From the NCBI GenBank assembly GCA_977016875.1, contig CDRNST010000218.1, positions 992,001 through 1,056,000 of the forward strand: 64,000 nucleotides of DNA. The letters are read 5' to 3'. A model generated the notes under the pieces. That model made no database searches. It saw only the letters and a program-made list of their open reading frames with translations, and was not told the origin of the DNA. Positions 1-33,701 of this stretch are shown here, in pieces (the stretch's first letter is position 1; the number at the start of each line of letters is the position of its first letter). A program made the position numbers and the translations under genes. Source of the stretch: Pavona decussata (lineage: Eukaryota).

Positions 1-1482
1 TTCACAACTGTTTCAGTGAATATTTATATAATCCCGTTTATTTATCTATTTAGTTTTTGCTTTAGATTTCTTGCTCGAAAAATAATTCGCTTTATGGCCT
101 TATAGAAAAATAAAGGTAACACCGAAAGACTTAAGCCTAAGGCCGGCCAGCAATCCAATGATTACAATTAAGTAGAAAAATTGACTACTTTCAGTCGCCA
201 ATTAACACACCACAAGTATGTTCATACAACCATTTGTTTGACAATTCATTACCACTAAGATTTCAACAGTTGGGGCAAGTTCCACAACAGCTAACGTTGG
301 ACATAAATGCTAATCTACCGATGTTACCCGTGAAGAGTGAGAAAGAAACTCGTAGTTCCTCCCACCCTTTGAATTATAGGAACATCCAAGTGAACAAGTC
401 TGCGTTTTTCACCTCAAAGACCCTGAGTGAAATCGCCCTCCAACATCCTCCGGCCTTCGTGCTGCTGCCATGAACAGCGGATCTTTAACCACTAATATCA
501 TTACCTGGCCATTGATCCTGCGCGGCCTCATACCGAGTTTGCGCAGTAAACTCTCGGCCAAGTCAAAGTTCCTTTTTTATTGCCTCGCGTTAGTAGTTAC
601 GTCCAACGTTACGTTTCGAGGCAACTTGCCCCTGGGACCTAAGTAATTTTTTTTTCAAAGAAAACATTTCAAAATACCGTATGTTTAACGCTGAAACGTG
701 TCTAAGATGCTTAAACCTTTCCTAGTTCCTGTGCATTCCCATCCTGATTACACCTCGAGTTTACCTTTGCACGGTACTGTCGCTGAAAAACGCTATCCAG
801 GGTTCAACGAACAAAGAGAGAATACCACAGTACCAGGCTTGTTCAAACCTTCTCGCTGACTTAAAAAGCAACAAATTCAAAAAAAGAGCGAACACCTCTC
901 GAGATAAACGTACTATGTATTTTGCTTACATTGCTGAAAACAGCAAAATAAAACAGTAGAAAAATGTTTATAAAGGCTAGCTTACTCAAATATCTACAGT
1001 TCTGAAAAAAAATTATATATTTATACATAAAGAGCTATTTGTTGGGACGACAAAGTTTCAAGATGCCATCAAGTACCTCAGAAATGTGCGATGAATGAAT
1101 ATAGGATACCACGACCCAACAAGGATCAGTGATACGTCATTCCTTAGTCAGTGTAGACCTGTGTGACGGTTAGTAGCACCTCACAACGTCCTCAACGATC
1201 TTCAGATACAAATTTGTCACATCACGATACTCAGCCAATTTCACTCGTACAACAGGTAAACATGCCTAACGGTGGAACATATCTCCTGGTTAAACTGATT
1301 TCTCCATCAATTTTACAGTTATTGCACTTAATGAATTCCATATCCTACAGTCGTCCCAACTAAGAATCACTAACTACTACTGCATTGAAATGATGCTGCA
1401 GTGCAATTTGTTTCAATTTTACAATTTCGTCTATTTTTATAATCAAATTTTTCCCGGTAATTTTCAAAGCAGTAGCTTAAGC

Positions 1483-23053
<21,571 letters not shown>

Positions 23054-23619
23054 ATTGACCGGCTTTAAATGCTTATTTTTTCAAACGTATAGATGACGGT
23101 ACAATAGTGATAACCATGTCCAATCTTTTTAGCAAATGGCTACCAAAACAAGTAAAACTCAAAAACCGGAAGGAACTTGGGGACTACTTCAGAAATGTAT
23201 TGTGGGTACGACGAGGAGGCGTGGTCAATCAATCAATCCCAAGCAGAGCCCGCGTAAGTTGGACGCCCTCGGGAGTCGGGACTGCGTAATAGTGGGAATT
23301 CTTGCCCTCTTTTTTATTTCCTTCTACCTTACTTTCTGGGAAAAAATAATAAAATAAATTCTAAAGAGGCCAAGCTGCTTAATTTTCAAGGTTTATAGCC
23401 TAAAAACATTCATCAGTGGACAGATCCAAGTTGATTTCATACTTATCCAACCGTACGTTAGTAAGATATCGTTTTTGCAACCAACAGCCCTATTTTTTAC
23501 TTAGAAGGCTGGTTAATCATTAACTATTATGACATGTGACCTGAAAAGACTCATTTTGTGGCCAGGGCGTGAATCCCTATAAAGTGATGGTAAAAGTTTC
23601 CGGCAAAGTGCGAATCGTG

Positions 23620-26600
23620 TTACGCCAAGTGAAACACCTCAACTGCACCTTTATTGCAACTGTAACCTCGCCTTGGAATATCGTCAATCCCTGAGAAGCA
23701 AACCATATCCCGAGCGTATTGAGTTTTTGTCAATGAATAGACTCTGTTTAGTATGCCTGCCCAACAAACACGGCGTGAAGTTCTGCCCAAAGAGGGTTAC
23801 CTACTATCTTTTATACTTCTTATCTCCGACATAAATCCTCAGTGGATATCGGCGTCGGGACTGAAAGTAATGCTGACGCTCCGGTACACAACTGCATGGT
23901 GACCACAGACCCGAATGTTGATGGCCTGAACGAGAACATGCGCAGCAGAAAAAGGCAAGGCCGTTATACCGGTAAAATTTTTGGTCCAATGGGAGTAGAA
24001 AAACAGTTGTCACTTACGCCTTCCTCGACAATGGCAGTAGTTCCATCTTTTGTACTGAAGCTTTGATGAAGCAGCTGGGGATAAATGGCTTGAAAGTCAA
24101 AATCTACTTGTTTCTGATCTCAACAAGAACGACTTCGTTAGCCTGCCAAAGCTTTACACCAGGCCCTTACTCCAGTCAGCCGCGACAACATCCCAACCCA
24201 GTGCGATGTTGACGAATGGTCGCACCTACAAGTTGTCGCATGATACCTCGTATGGATTCCGAAATCGGTCTCTTGATCGCCAGCGACGTACGTGAGCCCT
24301 GGACCCGTTGAAATTAAGCGCAGTGAACATGGCGGTCCTTACGCCAGAAGGACTCGTATTGACTGGGGGGCTAATGGTCGCCGGGGACGTCATCGCAACC
24401 CTATTTAAACTTCGGGCTTCTTACAATCTTACAATCGCCACTTGACGGACTCCATCAATGATGATACAACCGAAATGTCCCAGGAGAAATATCTTTTCAT
24501 GCAGAATGTCGACGGGCATGCACAGTTTTAAAAAGACGGACATGGTGAAATTCCTTTACCGTTTAAAGACCGACAAGAACCTGTTCGAAACAACAGGTCA
24601 AAGGCCTTGCAGCGCGCCAACGGGTTAAAGAGAAAATTGAAGAGAAAACCAAAGTTATGGTATAATCGTGACATACCTCCTGATGAGAAGAACCTCGAAG
24701 AGGGAAGGGCTTGGTATCTACTTCATCACGGTGTGTCGGTGTGTACCACCTACTCACCATGGTATGCACCACTCAAAAGCCGCAGAAAATTCGCGTGGTT
24801 TTCGACTGCTCAGCGAAGTTTAATTTGTGAGCACGTTCCTCAACAACATGCTCCTCAAGGATCCAGAACTTACCAATTCTCTTGTTGGAGTTCTGATAAG
24901 ATTTCGAGAATATACAATTGCAGTGATGGCGGAAATACAATCTATGTTTCACCAAGTAAGGGTCCCGGATCCTGGCAGCTCTTTTCTATGGTTCCTGTAG
25001 TGGTAAGACAGTCATCTGGCAAATGATATGGGAGAGTACTAAATGGTCGTACATCTCTTCGGGGCTATTTCTTCACTGGCTTGTGCTAACTTTGCTCTTC
25101 TCAAAACTGCACACGATAACAGTGAATATTTCCCTCTTGAAGTCGTAAATACGGTGCGGAAAAACGTCTATATGGACAAATGCCTGAAGTCCCTGTTATC
25201 GGAGACTGAAGCCGTTACGCACGTAGGCGTTGGACAGTTGCATGTACATATTCTGCTTTCAAGAGGTGGTTTCCTGATTACTAAGTGGCTCTGTAATAAC
25301 TGCGAGATTCTCGAAGTTATCCCTGGGATTGAGCACGAAAAGGACATCAAGCAACTTGATCTAGGCAAGGACAAGTTGCCTATCTAACAAGCCCTTTGAG
25401 TGCAATGGTGTGTGGAGGCAGACTCCTTTGGTTTCAACGTCTGTGTCAAACCTAAACCTGCCACACATAGGGGCATGTTGTCCGCGGTTAGCTCCGTTTT
25501 TTGACCACCTAGGTCTCATTTCACCTTTTATTCTAACCACGAAATAAATGCTTCAAGACTTTTGCCGAATCAGGTTAGGATGGGATGATGAAATTCCTCG
25601 CATGTATAGCACACCGTGGAATAAAAAGACTTGGAGATTTCCCAAACCTCATATCGTAAACCGTCGATTGATGTTTAAAGCCAGAAGATTTTGGTCAGGT
25701 ATCGTCCGCCTAGCCTCACCATTTCTCCGATGCGTCATAGCTAGCCTGTGGTTGAGCTTCTTATTTACGCTAAATGAACAAAGGAGGGAGAATACACTTT
25801 TCGTATTTGTTTGGAAAGTCGAGCTTCGCGCCAATGAAGCCGGTTTCTATTCCTCTCTTGGAACTCTTTACTACCACCATATCTCTTCGTGTTGACAAGA
25901 TGTTGAGGCGAGAGCTTGAAATGCAGTTGAGTGAAAAGCTTATATTCTGGACGGACGGTATGACAGTACTGCGATATGTAAAGAACGAAAGCAGATGGTT
26001 TCACACTTTAATCGCAAACTCCAATGGAATGATACGCGATGGTTCAACCCCTGACCAATGGCGACATGTGAATGGAGATTCAAACCCTGGTGACTACGCG
26101 TCCAGGAGGTTGCCTGTTGAAGCTCTTTTAACTTCTAAGTGGTGGTTAATGGAGCCGGAGTTCCTGTGCAAACCGGACCATCAGGGGCCAATGGGACCTG
26201 AGGTACTTTTGGATATTAAAAACGATGATCCCGAAGCAGAGTCCTTCTAGGTAGTCAAATCGCACACGAAATCCTGTGTTCTCTCAGTCGATTCGTGTGT
26301 TACTCCCATCGTAGACCTTTTAACGAGAGGCTCCTGCTGGCATCATTTGTAAAAGTCAGTTGATCCTACGATACTGGAATAATCTTCGCAAGGTCGGTCA
26401 AAGTCCGGTGGGGAGTGCTCAAGAAGAGACTCCTGGCACCAGGAAACCGCCTCGTCTTACAGTTGAAGAAATATATAATGAATTGCGCCGAAAAGGAAGT
26501 AATGAAGATCGTTCAGAAAGCTGTTTTTCCAGCAGAGCTCCGCGAGCTTAATGAGTCAAGTACATGTAACACGAAACAGATCAAAAGAAGTAGTTCTCTT

Positions 26601-27400
26601 TTTAAACTGAATCCGAATCAGTCACGGATGGGTCATTGTATGTTGGCAGAAGACTGGATTAATCGTCTGACCCAAAGCATCACGTGTCAAACCTGATTAT
26701 TGAGCACTATCATAAACTTTCGGGACATTATGGAAGACAGCATGTCAAAACTTTGATTTGTCAGTGATATTGGATCATTCAGGTGAATTTCGTGGTCAGA
26801 AGAGCACTCTCTAGATGTTACAGCCGCCGGAGATGGGAAGCATCGGTATGCGAGCAGAAAATGGCTGACCTGCCGGCCCACCGTTTCATTCACGACAAAC
26901 CTTCTTTTTGTAGATTGCTTCGGACTATTTGAGGTCCGCCGGATTCGAGGTCCAGTTAGAAGCTACTGTGTTATCTTCACATGCCTTACTGTCCGCGCTG
27001 TACACATTGAAGTGGTTCATAGTTCGGACTCTCACTCCTTCTTAACTCGCCCTTAGAGGATTCATTACTTTCATTTTACAAGATGGAAATGTGAGCTGAG
27101 AGAGTCCATTCAAGCCTGAAACCAAAACAAAATTCACCAGGCCCTTCTTCAGAGAAATAACAAATGGAGTTTCAATCCGCCTTATGGTTCTCAGTAACCA
27201 TGAAGGTGTCTGGGAGCGGTGTATTCGTTCAGCTCGAATAATCCTGCGTGCTCCTCTCCAGGAGCAGACAACAGATGACGAAGGTCTTGTCACTATTATG
27301 TGTGAGGTAGAGAACATGTTGACCAGACGCTTCGACTATCACCACGGTCTCGGACGATCCAAGAGATTTGGAATTTGGAATTATTCGAGCTGAACGAAGT
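23620..27400 (+). mobile_element. Degenerate BEL/Pao LTR retrotransposon (gag-pol relic)
   Basis: Frameshifted fragments in BEL domain order: RT (WYLLHHGV, KIRVVFDCSA, VHLFGAISS..ANFAL, NVYMDK for YxDD), RNase H (SIPLLEL, IFWTDG, WRHVNGDSNPGDYASR), integrase (VDCFG, IFTCLTVRAVHIEVV, GVWERCIRS). Many stops; no LTR pair recognised. Confidence 0.88.
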
Positions 27401-28804
27401 TCGAGAATGATTCGTCCGCTGGGCAGCGACTTAACCATCGGCTGACGTTATCAGATCCTTGAACAACTAGTACCTGTTTTTTTCGGTGAACTCTGTATTT
27501 TTAGGAGTATTTTTAAAGACTTTTAAAGACTAAAAACTACACAAGGACTTGCGTTTCAATAATACACCGGGACACCAATTTCGGTGGAAAATTATTGCCT
27601 GCTTCAGACATTAAGCTTAAATTGTGAAGAAAACTGGCGTTGTGGTCAGCGAAATGTACCCTCTAGCTTTTTTAACACTGAAAAACTAATTTCATTTACT
27701 TTTGGAGGGGCAAATTTAATTGTCTAAATATGGTTTATAGCTAGCATTTTTGACAAGCCAACAACAGCTCGGAAATTTGGGGGATAAGATTCAGTTCCCT
27801 TAAATTTTCAGCTAAAAAACCAGAAGAGATAAAACCGTGTTAGCTGACACAAATTAGACTTTAAAAAGGTTAAAACACGATCTAGAATATAGGAGACATT
27901 TGGTTAAATGTTCTCGTTTGTTAGCCCCAAATCCATAATATCCAGCCGCTATCGTTTCCAACCTTATTAATTGTTTTCTCGTAGTCTAGCAGTATAGTAC
28001 TGTGAGCTAAACTCTGGCTCAAAGGTTTTTCTTATCAGAACGTATCATTATTCTTTCATATTAAATAAACAGAGACATTAGTCATTACCAAGCGAAAGAA
28101 CAGTCACAGCGAGGTGTGATTGATATTCCCTTTCTCTTGGGCCTCAATAACTTGTCAGATAAAAGTCATACCAGTCTTTAAACAAACTCTTGTTAACCTT
28201 TTGAAACAGTTTCGGGAGATTTATTTATCCCCACTTTATGTTGTAAAAGGCCTTAGCAGCGAGTAACAATAGTGTTTAAGTGGAGCCTGTTTTGCCCGAC
28301 ATGAATGGTCATGAGGGAGTAACTGCAGGTATCCACAGGCCGTCCACAGGTACCCGCAAGGCAGCTATTGTCCTTCCCCGCATGGGCAGTGGCATTTAAG
28401 TATCAACTCACGAAAAAAGCAAGCCCTTCTATTATTAGGACAATGCTAAAGAAGAGTATTAACAGAGTTTTAAGAGGTAAGAAGAGTAAAAATAGTTTGT
28501 ATTTGTTATGTTGCTGCAGTGGAACCAAAAGACGCTGTTTTCTTGGTCACTTGTCCGTTAGGAAGTCACGTAGCGGCGAAACTAAAATTTAAAAACAGAT
28601 GTCTAATTAGCCGATACGGTTATATAATAAGACTGAGATCATCTTCATAATAACGTTTGAGGAGTCTCACTACTTCACATTTTACTAAATCTGAAGTAGT
28701 AATCTTGCTAAAATTTTATTGTTTCCAACTCCTATTTTGATCGATTTTTATCGGAGCAAGCCTTGTCAGCGGTATAATTTACGCACTTACATGTAAATTT
28801 TCTC

Positions 28805-28995
28805 CCGCGGTCTTGGTTTGATTTTCACACCACGGTCTCTCCCTCTTAAGTCTCTCCTCCTCGATGGTATCTCCCCCCCCCCCCCCCACCACCTTAGCTC
28901 CAGAGGTCTCTCCCTCAGCGCTCTCCACCCTAACGGTCTTCCCCCTCCACCCCAGTGGTCTCTCTTCCGGGTGGTCTCTCCTCCCGCGGTCTTTC
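28805..28995. repeat. Cluster of GGTCTCTCC-type motifs in C-rich sequence
   Basis: About 8 dispersed GGTCT(C/T) units; probably transposon sub-terminal repeats. Confidence 0.5.
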
Positions 28996-29509
28996 ATATA
29001 GATGTCTTATATCAAACAGTTTTAAAGTACCCAGTAATATATCTAAGCTTACGTAAAATTGGAACGATATATCGACCTCCTTATCTCAAGTTTAATTGCA
29101 CAAATGCACAGAGAGATAAGGGGGGAGAGCAGGAGAAAACGACGAGACATGATTAAATAGGTTGCCGACACAGTCATCGGCTTTGCAAATGAAACAGAGA
29201 TTACTTGAGACCATTTTTACCTCTGAAAACAGCAAATTTACCTGGAAACGTCTTTTTGTATTGGTAACTGATCTTATCCCGGGGCATCTGGGTATGAAAT
29301 TTCCATGGTAACGTCAATGAGAAAATAAAATCTCGAGCCATTGACAGTTTTGATCCGCGAAGTTTTAAACTCAGTCAAAAAGACGTCTCGTATCAGACTA
29401 CATCATAAAATTTGCCGCTTCAATGACGCTGGTAAAGCAGCAATCCCTTACCAAGGAAAAATAAGGGGGAAAATCTTTTAATCCGTAATTAGCACGTTCA
29501 TGTTTAAAC

Positions 29510-29574
29510 CAATCTCCTTCCCAGTGCTTTTCCCTTGTAAAATGGGGAGGGCCAAAGCCATGGGAACGGGGTTG
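29510..29574. mobile_element. 65-bp TIR miniature element with 9-bp TSD
   Basis: CAATCTCCTTCCCA..TGGGAACGGGGTTG flanked by TGTTTAAAC / CGTTTAAAC. Confidence 0.7.
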
Positions 29575-31818
29575 CGTTTAAACGAGTCTGGACTCATCCG
29601 TGTAATGTTATCAAATCAATCAATCAATCAATCAATCAATCCATCAATCTTTGTTTAAAATGAGAATATTCTTCGCAATCTATTACGATACAATGCGAGG
29701 CTTTTCGGGATTCCCTTTCAATTCCTCTAAATTCAAAATACAAACAGTCACACAGTTTGTGTGGGCGCCCTGTGTTTAAAGAAATAAACGTCCTAAACAA
29801 CAATTCTAAAACTTAGAGGACCCTAAAACAATTGACCTGCGAAACGTTAATGCTTCAATTAACTGAGCTCCAAATGTTGTCATTGAGTTTAATATCGCTT
29901 ATTTTGTCTCGCTGGTGACAGCTAAAAATTTATTAAGGTTAGACAGGAGCCCATTACTGAGCGCCTGGGTTAGATTAAAAAAATACTTCAAAATTAAGTT
30001 GGGGGTGGGGAGGGTGATCCCAGGTTAGGGATCTGGACCTCCCTGGGGTACACCTCTGAATTTTCGGTGGAGATGTGCCGCCCGGTTCTCCAAATCGTAA
30101 CCCTATTTCAGACCAAAACATGCCATTTTCCACACCCGTTTTCAGACTGGGCCTCTAAAATCCATAACCGTTTTCAGACCTGGCTTTTAGCCTAATTAAG
30201 CTTCGCATCAGTGCCAAAGTCAAGAATTTGTAAAATTCACGCGAAAATTGAGCTCGAGTGATATATTTTGGATACTTCTCTTTCTCTACTATTCATTTGG
30301 AGTTGAAAAGACAAATATGTTTATTCGCTCTCTTGGTTCCCTTGAAAAACCATACCCTTTGGGGCGGCACATACCTATGTAGCTTATATTAGGGAGTAAA
30401 CCCCCCCCCCCCCTTCCCTCGGCCATGACTCCAAACTGTTCAATTAGTTCAATCTCGTCGAGAGGAGTGACTAAAACATGTAAGCAGCGTAGAGTGCAGC
30501 TTAAATGGGACGGCTTATTAAGCCTTTATGCCTTTGTCGTTGGGATTTAGCACTGATCTACACCATTATATTTAGGCCTAAGCACTGCTTTAAAAATGCA
30601 TTTGTTGTCATGGTTAAAATGGATGTGGATAGGATATATGAAGCAAATGACCCGGGTTTGATAAGCCCCCGCAGTTATAGGCCCATCTATTTGTGAACAA
30701 AATTTTTATTCCAGTTATAAGTCCCTCCCCCCCCCCCCCTTCCCCCATCCGCTAATAGGCTCATCATATGTAAACACTAGCTCCTAAAAAAAGGGCACGG
30801 CATTCCTTGATACGTAATCCCCGCTCAGAAACTGCCCACCGGCCTTGAAGAAGCCGTGGAGTATCACTTTGAAACGGATGAGTCAGACAATGGCATTGAC
30901 GATGATGAGCAACACGAGTGTGAAGTGAAAAGCCTTTTAACACTTGTGAAGTAGAACTGGGATCAAAGTCTGTTTAATTTTGTTATGTTCCGGTTACGGT
31001 TAAAGTTGGAGTTTCGAATTTGATCTTGTAGTGAAAAAAGTATGTTTTGTTTTAAGCTTGTTTCGAAACATTTTATTTATTCCGCTTATGAGTCCGTCGG
31101 ATATCCCCCCCCCCCCTTCTCAGACATAAGCCCACCTAAAACCCCTTACGAAATTGTAACAAGATGCCCGGCTAATGGTCGCTAATGGCATAACACGGAA
31201 TGCTTAATGTAACCCCAATTATTCCCCATTGTATGTTTTGCAGATATTTAAAAACTATCCTCCCTTGGCAATTGAAATAATTGTCTGAATGGTTTTATTC
31301 AGATATATTGCGTGATACTTATCGTTGTGTTACTAGAAATCATACCAGAAATAACTCTGCAATAACGTCATGACCCCGCTGAACTGGTCTGGCCTCCTCT
31401 ATCTCTAACCCTTCGCGTTGATTATTCGGTCTGTTTTTGAAAGCGGAATTTCTTCGCTGTGAACTCTCCCAATTTCCACCGTTTCAACTGTCGAGTACTA
31501 CCTAGAAGTTATTATTTCGATTTACCCCTTGAAAAAGGTTAGTTTTCTCTCTGAAAACGGCAGATCAGAGTCTTAAATTCATACATGTGGCCGCCATTGA
31601 TCAAAAACAACTTTTCGAAATGATGACTTGCTTTGACGTCACACAGGTAGAGATTAGTAGGTCCCCTCCCTCGTGATATACGCGCCGATAATAGATTTTG
31701 ATTTGGCTGTTTTTGTTCAAGACAATCAGAACAATAAATCCCTTCTGGGAGAGGGTAGAATTTAATCAAGGTTTAATGAATAAATCAAATAATGATTTGA
31801 CGTCACACAGGAAGGGAT

Positions 31819-33378
31819 TAGACTGCAAGCAGTCCCTTTCTGGTCAGTCGAGAGGGTGCGCTCACAGCGCAGCGAGACTGGAGCGAGGAGAAATAAATGA
31901 GAAGAGACTGGGGGAGAGATGGCCTCTCCCCAAGCTCCCCTCCGCTCGTTTTCTCCAGTTTTTACGCGGGATGCCCTGAGGGGGCATACCGTGTCTAAAA
32001 ACGGGACGATTTCTTTTTCTTCGTCGTAGCTTCAAATCGGTACATTAATTTATTACGCGGGATGCCCTGAGGGGGCATACCGTGTCTAAAAACGGGACGA
32101 TTTCTTTTTCTTCGTCGTAGCTTCAAATCGGTACATTAATTTATTCATTAAACTCACCCCTCTCCTACTCGGGGTGTATTGTTCTGATTGTCTTCAACAG
32201 AAGCAGGCCAATCAAAATCCATTCTTGTCGCTTACATCGCGAGGGAGGGGACCCACTCACCCCTACCTGTGTGACGTCAACGCATCATTTGATCTATTTA
32301 TTAAAAACGGATTAAATTTGGGGCCATATTGTTTATAACATGTTCTGGACTCAAGTGTGCCGTTTTCAAACGGAAATTTCACCATTTTGAAGCGGCAAAT
32401 CGAAAGAATAACTTCTAAGAAGCACTCGACATTTAAAACGGTAGAAATTGGTGAGTTCATGGCGAAGGAATCGTGCTTTGTTTGACAGTCCTTGACCACG
32501 ACGCGAGACTAAAAAGAGGTCATTGAGAAGCTTACGTTATCGTAATGGAATTCCACACATTTCCGGTGAAAGTCTGAGTCGCGTAACACAAGGAAAACAA
32601 CGTAACGCGATCGTCGTGACTCAAACTATTCCATTAGCAAGGATAGTTTTATCAATCGGCGAAGCATACAGTTGGAAAAAATGAATCAGCCCCAGCATCA
32701 CGCGTAATGCCAGTAAAGCAGGCATCTTGTTCATTAAACTCACCCCTCTCCTACTCGGGGTGTATTGTTCTGATTGTCTTCAACAGAAGCAGGCCAATCA
32801 AAATCCATTCTTGTCGCTTACATCGCGAGGGAGGGGACCCACTCACCCCTACCTGTGTGACGTCAACGCATCATTTGATCTATTTATTAAAAACGGATCA
32901 AATTTGGGGCCATATTGTTTATAACATGTTCTGGACTCAAGTGTGCCGTTTTGAAACGGAAATTTCACCATTTTGAAGCGGCAAATCGAAAGAATAACTT
33001 CTAAGAAGCACTCGAAATTTAAAACGGTAGAAATTGGTGAGTTCATGGCGAAGGAATCGTGCTTTGTTTGACAGTCCTTGACCACGACGCGAGACTAAAA
33101 AGAGGTCATTGAGAAGCTTACGTGATCGTAATGGAATTCCACACATTTCCGGTGAAAGTCTGAGTCGCGTAACACAAGGAAAACAACGTAACGCGATCGT
33201 CGTGACTCAAACTATTCCATTAGCAAGGATAGTTTTATCAATCGGCGAAGCATACAGTTGGAAAAAAATGAATCAGCCCCAGCATCACGCGTAATGCCAG
33301 TAAAGCAGGCATCTTGTTTCGCGCTCGGCTATTTCGCGCGACTTCTCGACTATCCAGAAAGGGACTGCTTGCAGTCTA
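31819..33378. mobile_element. TIR element (TAGAC..GTCTA) with 9-bp TSD, AcademH-like non-autonomous
   Basis: 25-bp perfect TIR TAGACTGCAAGCAGTCCCTTTCTGG. TSD GGAAGGGAT at 31810-31818 and 33379-33387. The superfamily is inferred from termini and TSD length. Confidence 0.85.
31962..33318 (+). mobile_element. Two near-identical young Helentron-type elements, one (32053-32730) inserted in the other
   Basis: Each unit has 5' TTACGCGGGATGCCC..GGGCAT and 3' GCATCACGCGTAA + hairpin + CTTGTT. Layout: A(1-91) + complete B + A(92-end). Confidence 0.8.
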
Positions 33379-33701
33379 GGAAGGGATGAGTGGGTCCCCT
33401 CTCTTGTGATATGTGCCCGAATAATAGATTTTGATTGGCCTGCTTTTGTTGAAGACAATCAGAACAATACATCCTGAGTAGGAGAGGGGTTAGTTTAATG
33501 AATAAATTAATGTACCGATTTGTGGCTACGACGAAGAAGATACCCGACCGAAACCTAGACTCGTCATGCCCTGCGGGCATTCCGTGTAATAAAGCCCCGG
33601 CCCCGGAGGGTTATGACGAAATGACCACAAATTATTAACACGTGGTGCGTGGTAGTAAGTTCCCGGATGAGACAGGTCACGTCAGCAAATGTGGAGAAAA
33701 C

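Larger units (their letters stand above)
31158..33592 (-). mobile_element. Older Helentron-type (HINE-like) element, host of a nested stack
   Basis: On the minus strand: 5' TTACACGGAATGCCC-GCA-GGGCAT, 3' sub-TIR GCATTCCGTGTTA, then an ATGCC..GGCAT hairpin and a CTTGTT end. Internal ~165-bp repeats. Confidence 0.7.

Noticed and set aside
234-620. GC-richer segment with exon-like stretches
   Set aside because: In-frame stop upstream of the candidate frame and no recognisable protein similarity.
23160-23300. ETS-like (CCGGAAG) and other promoter motifs upstream of Tec
   Set aside because: Short motifs with no TSS evidence; not distinguishable from chance.
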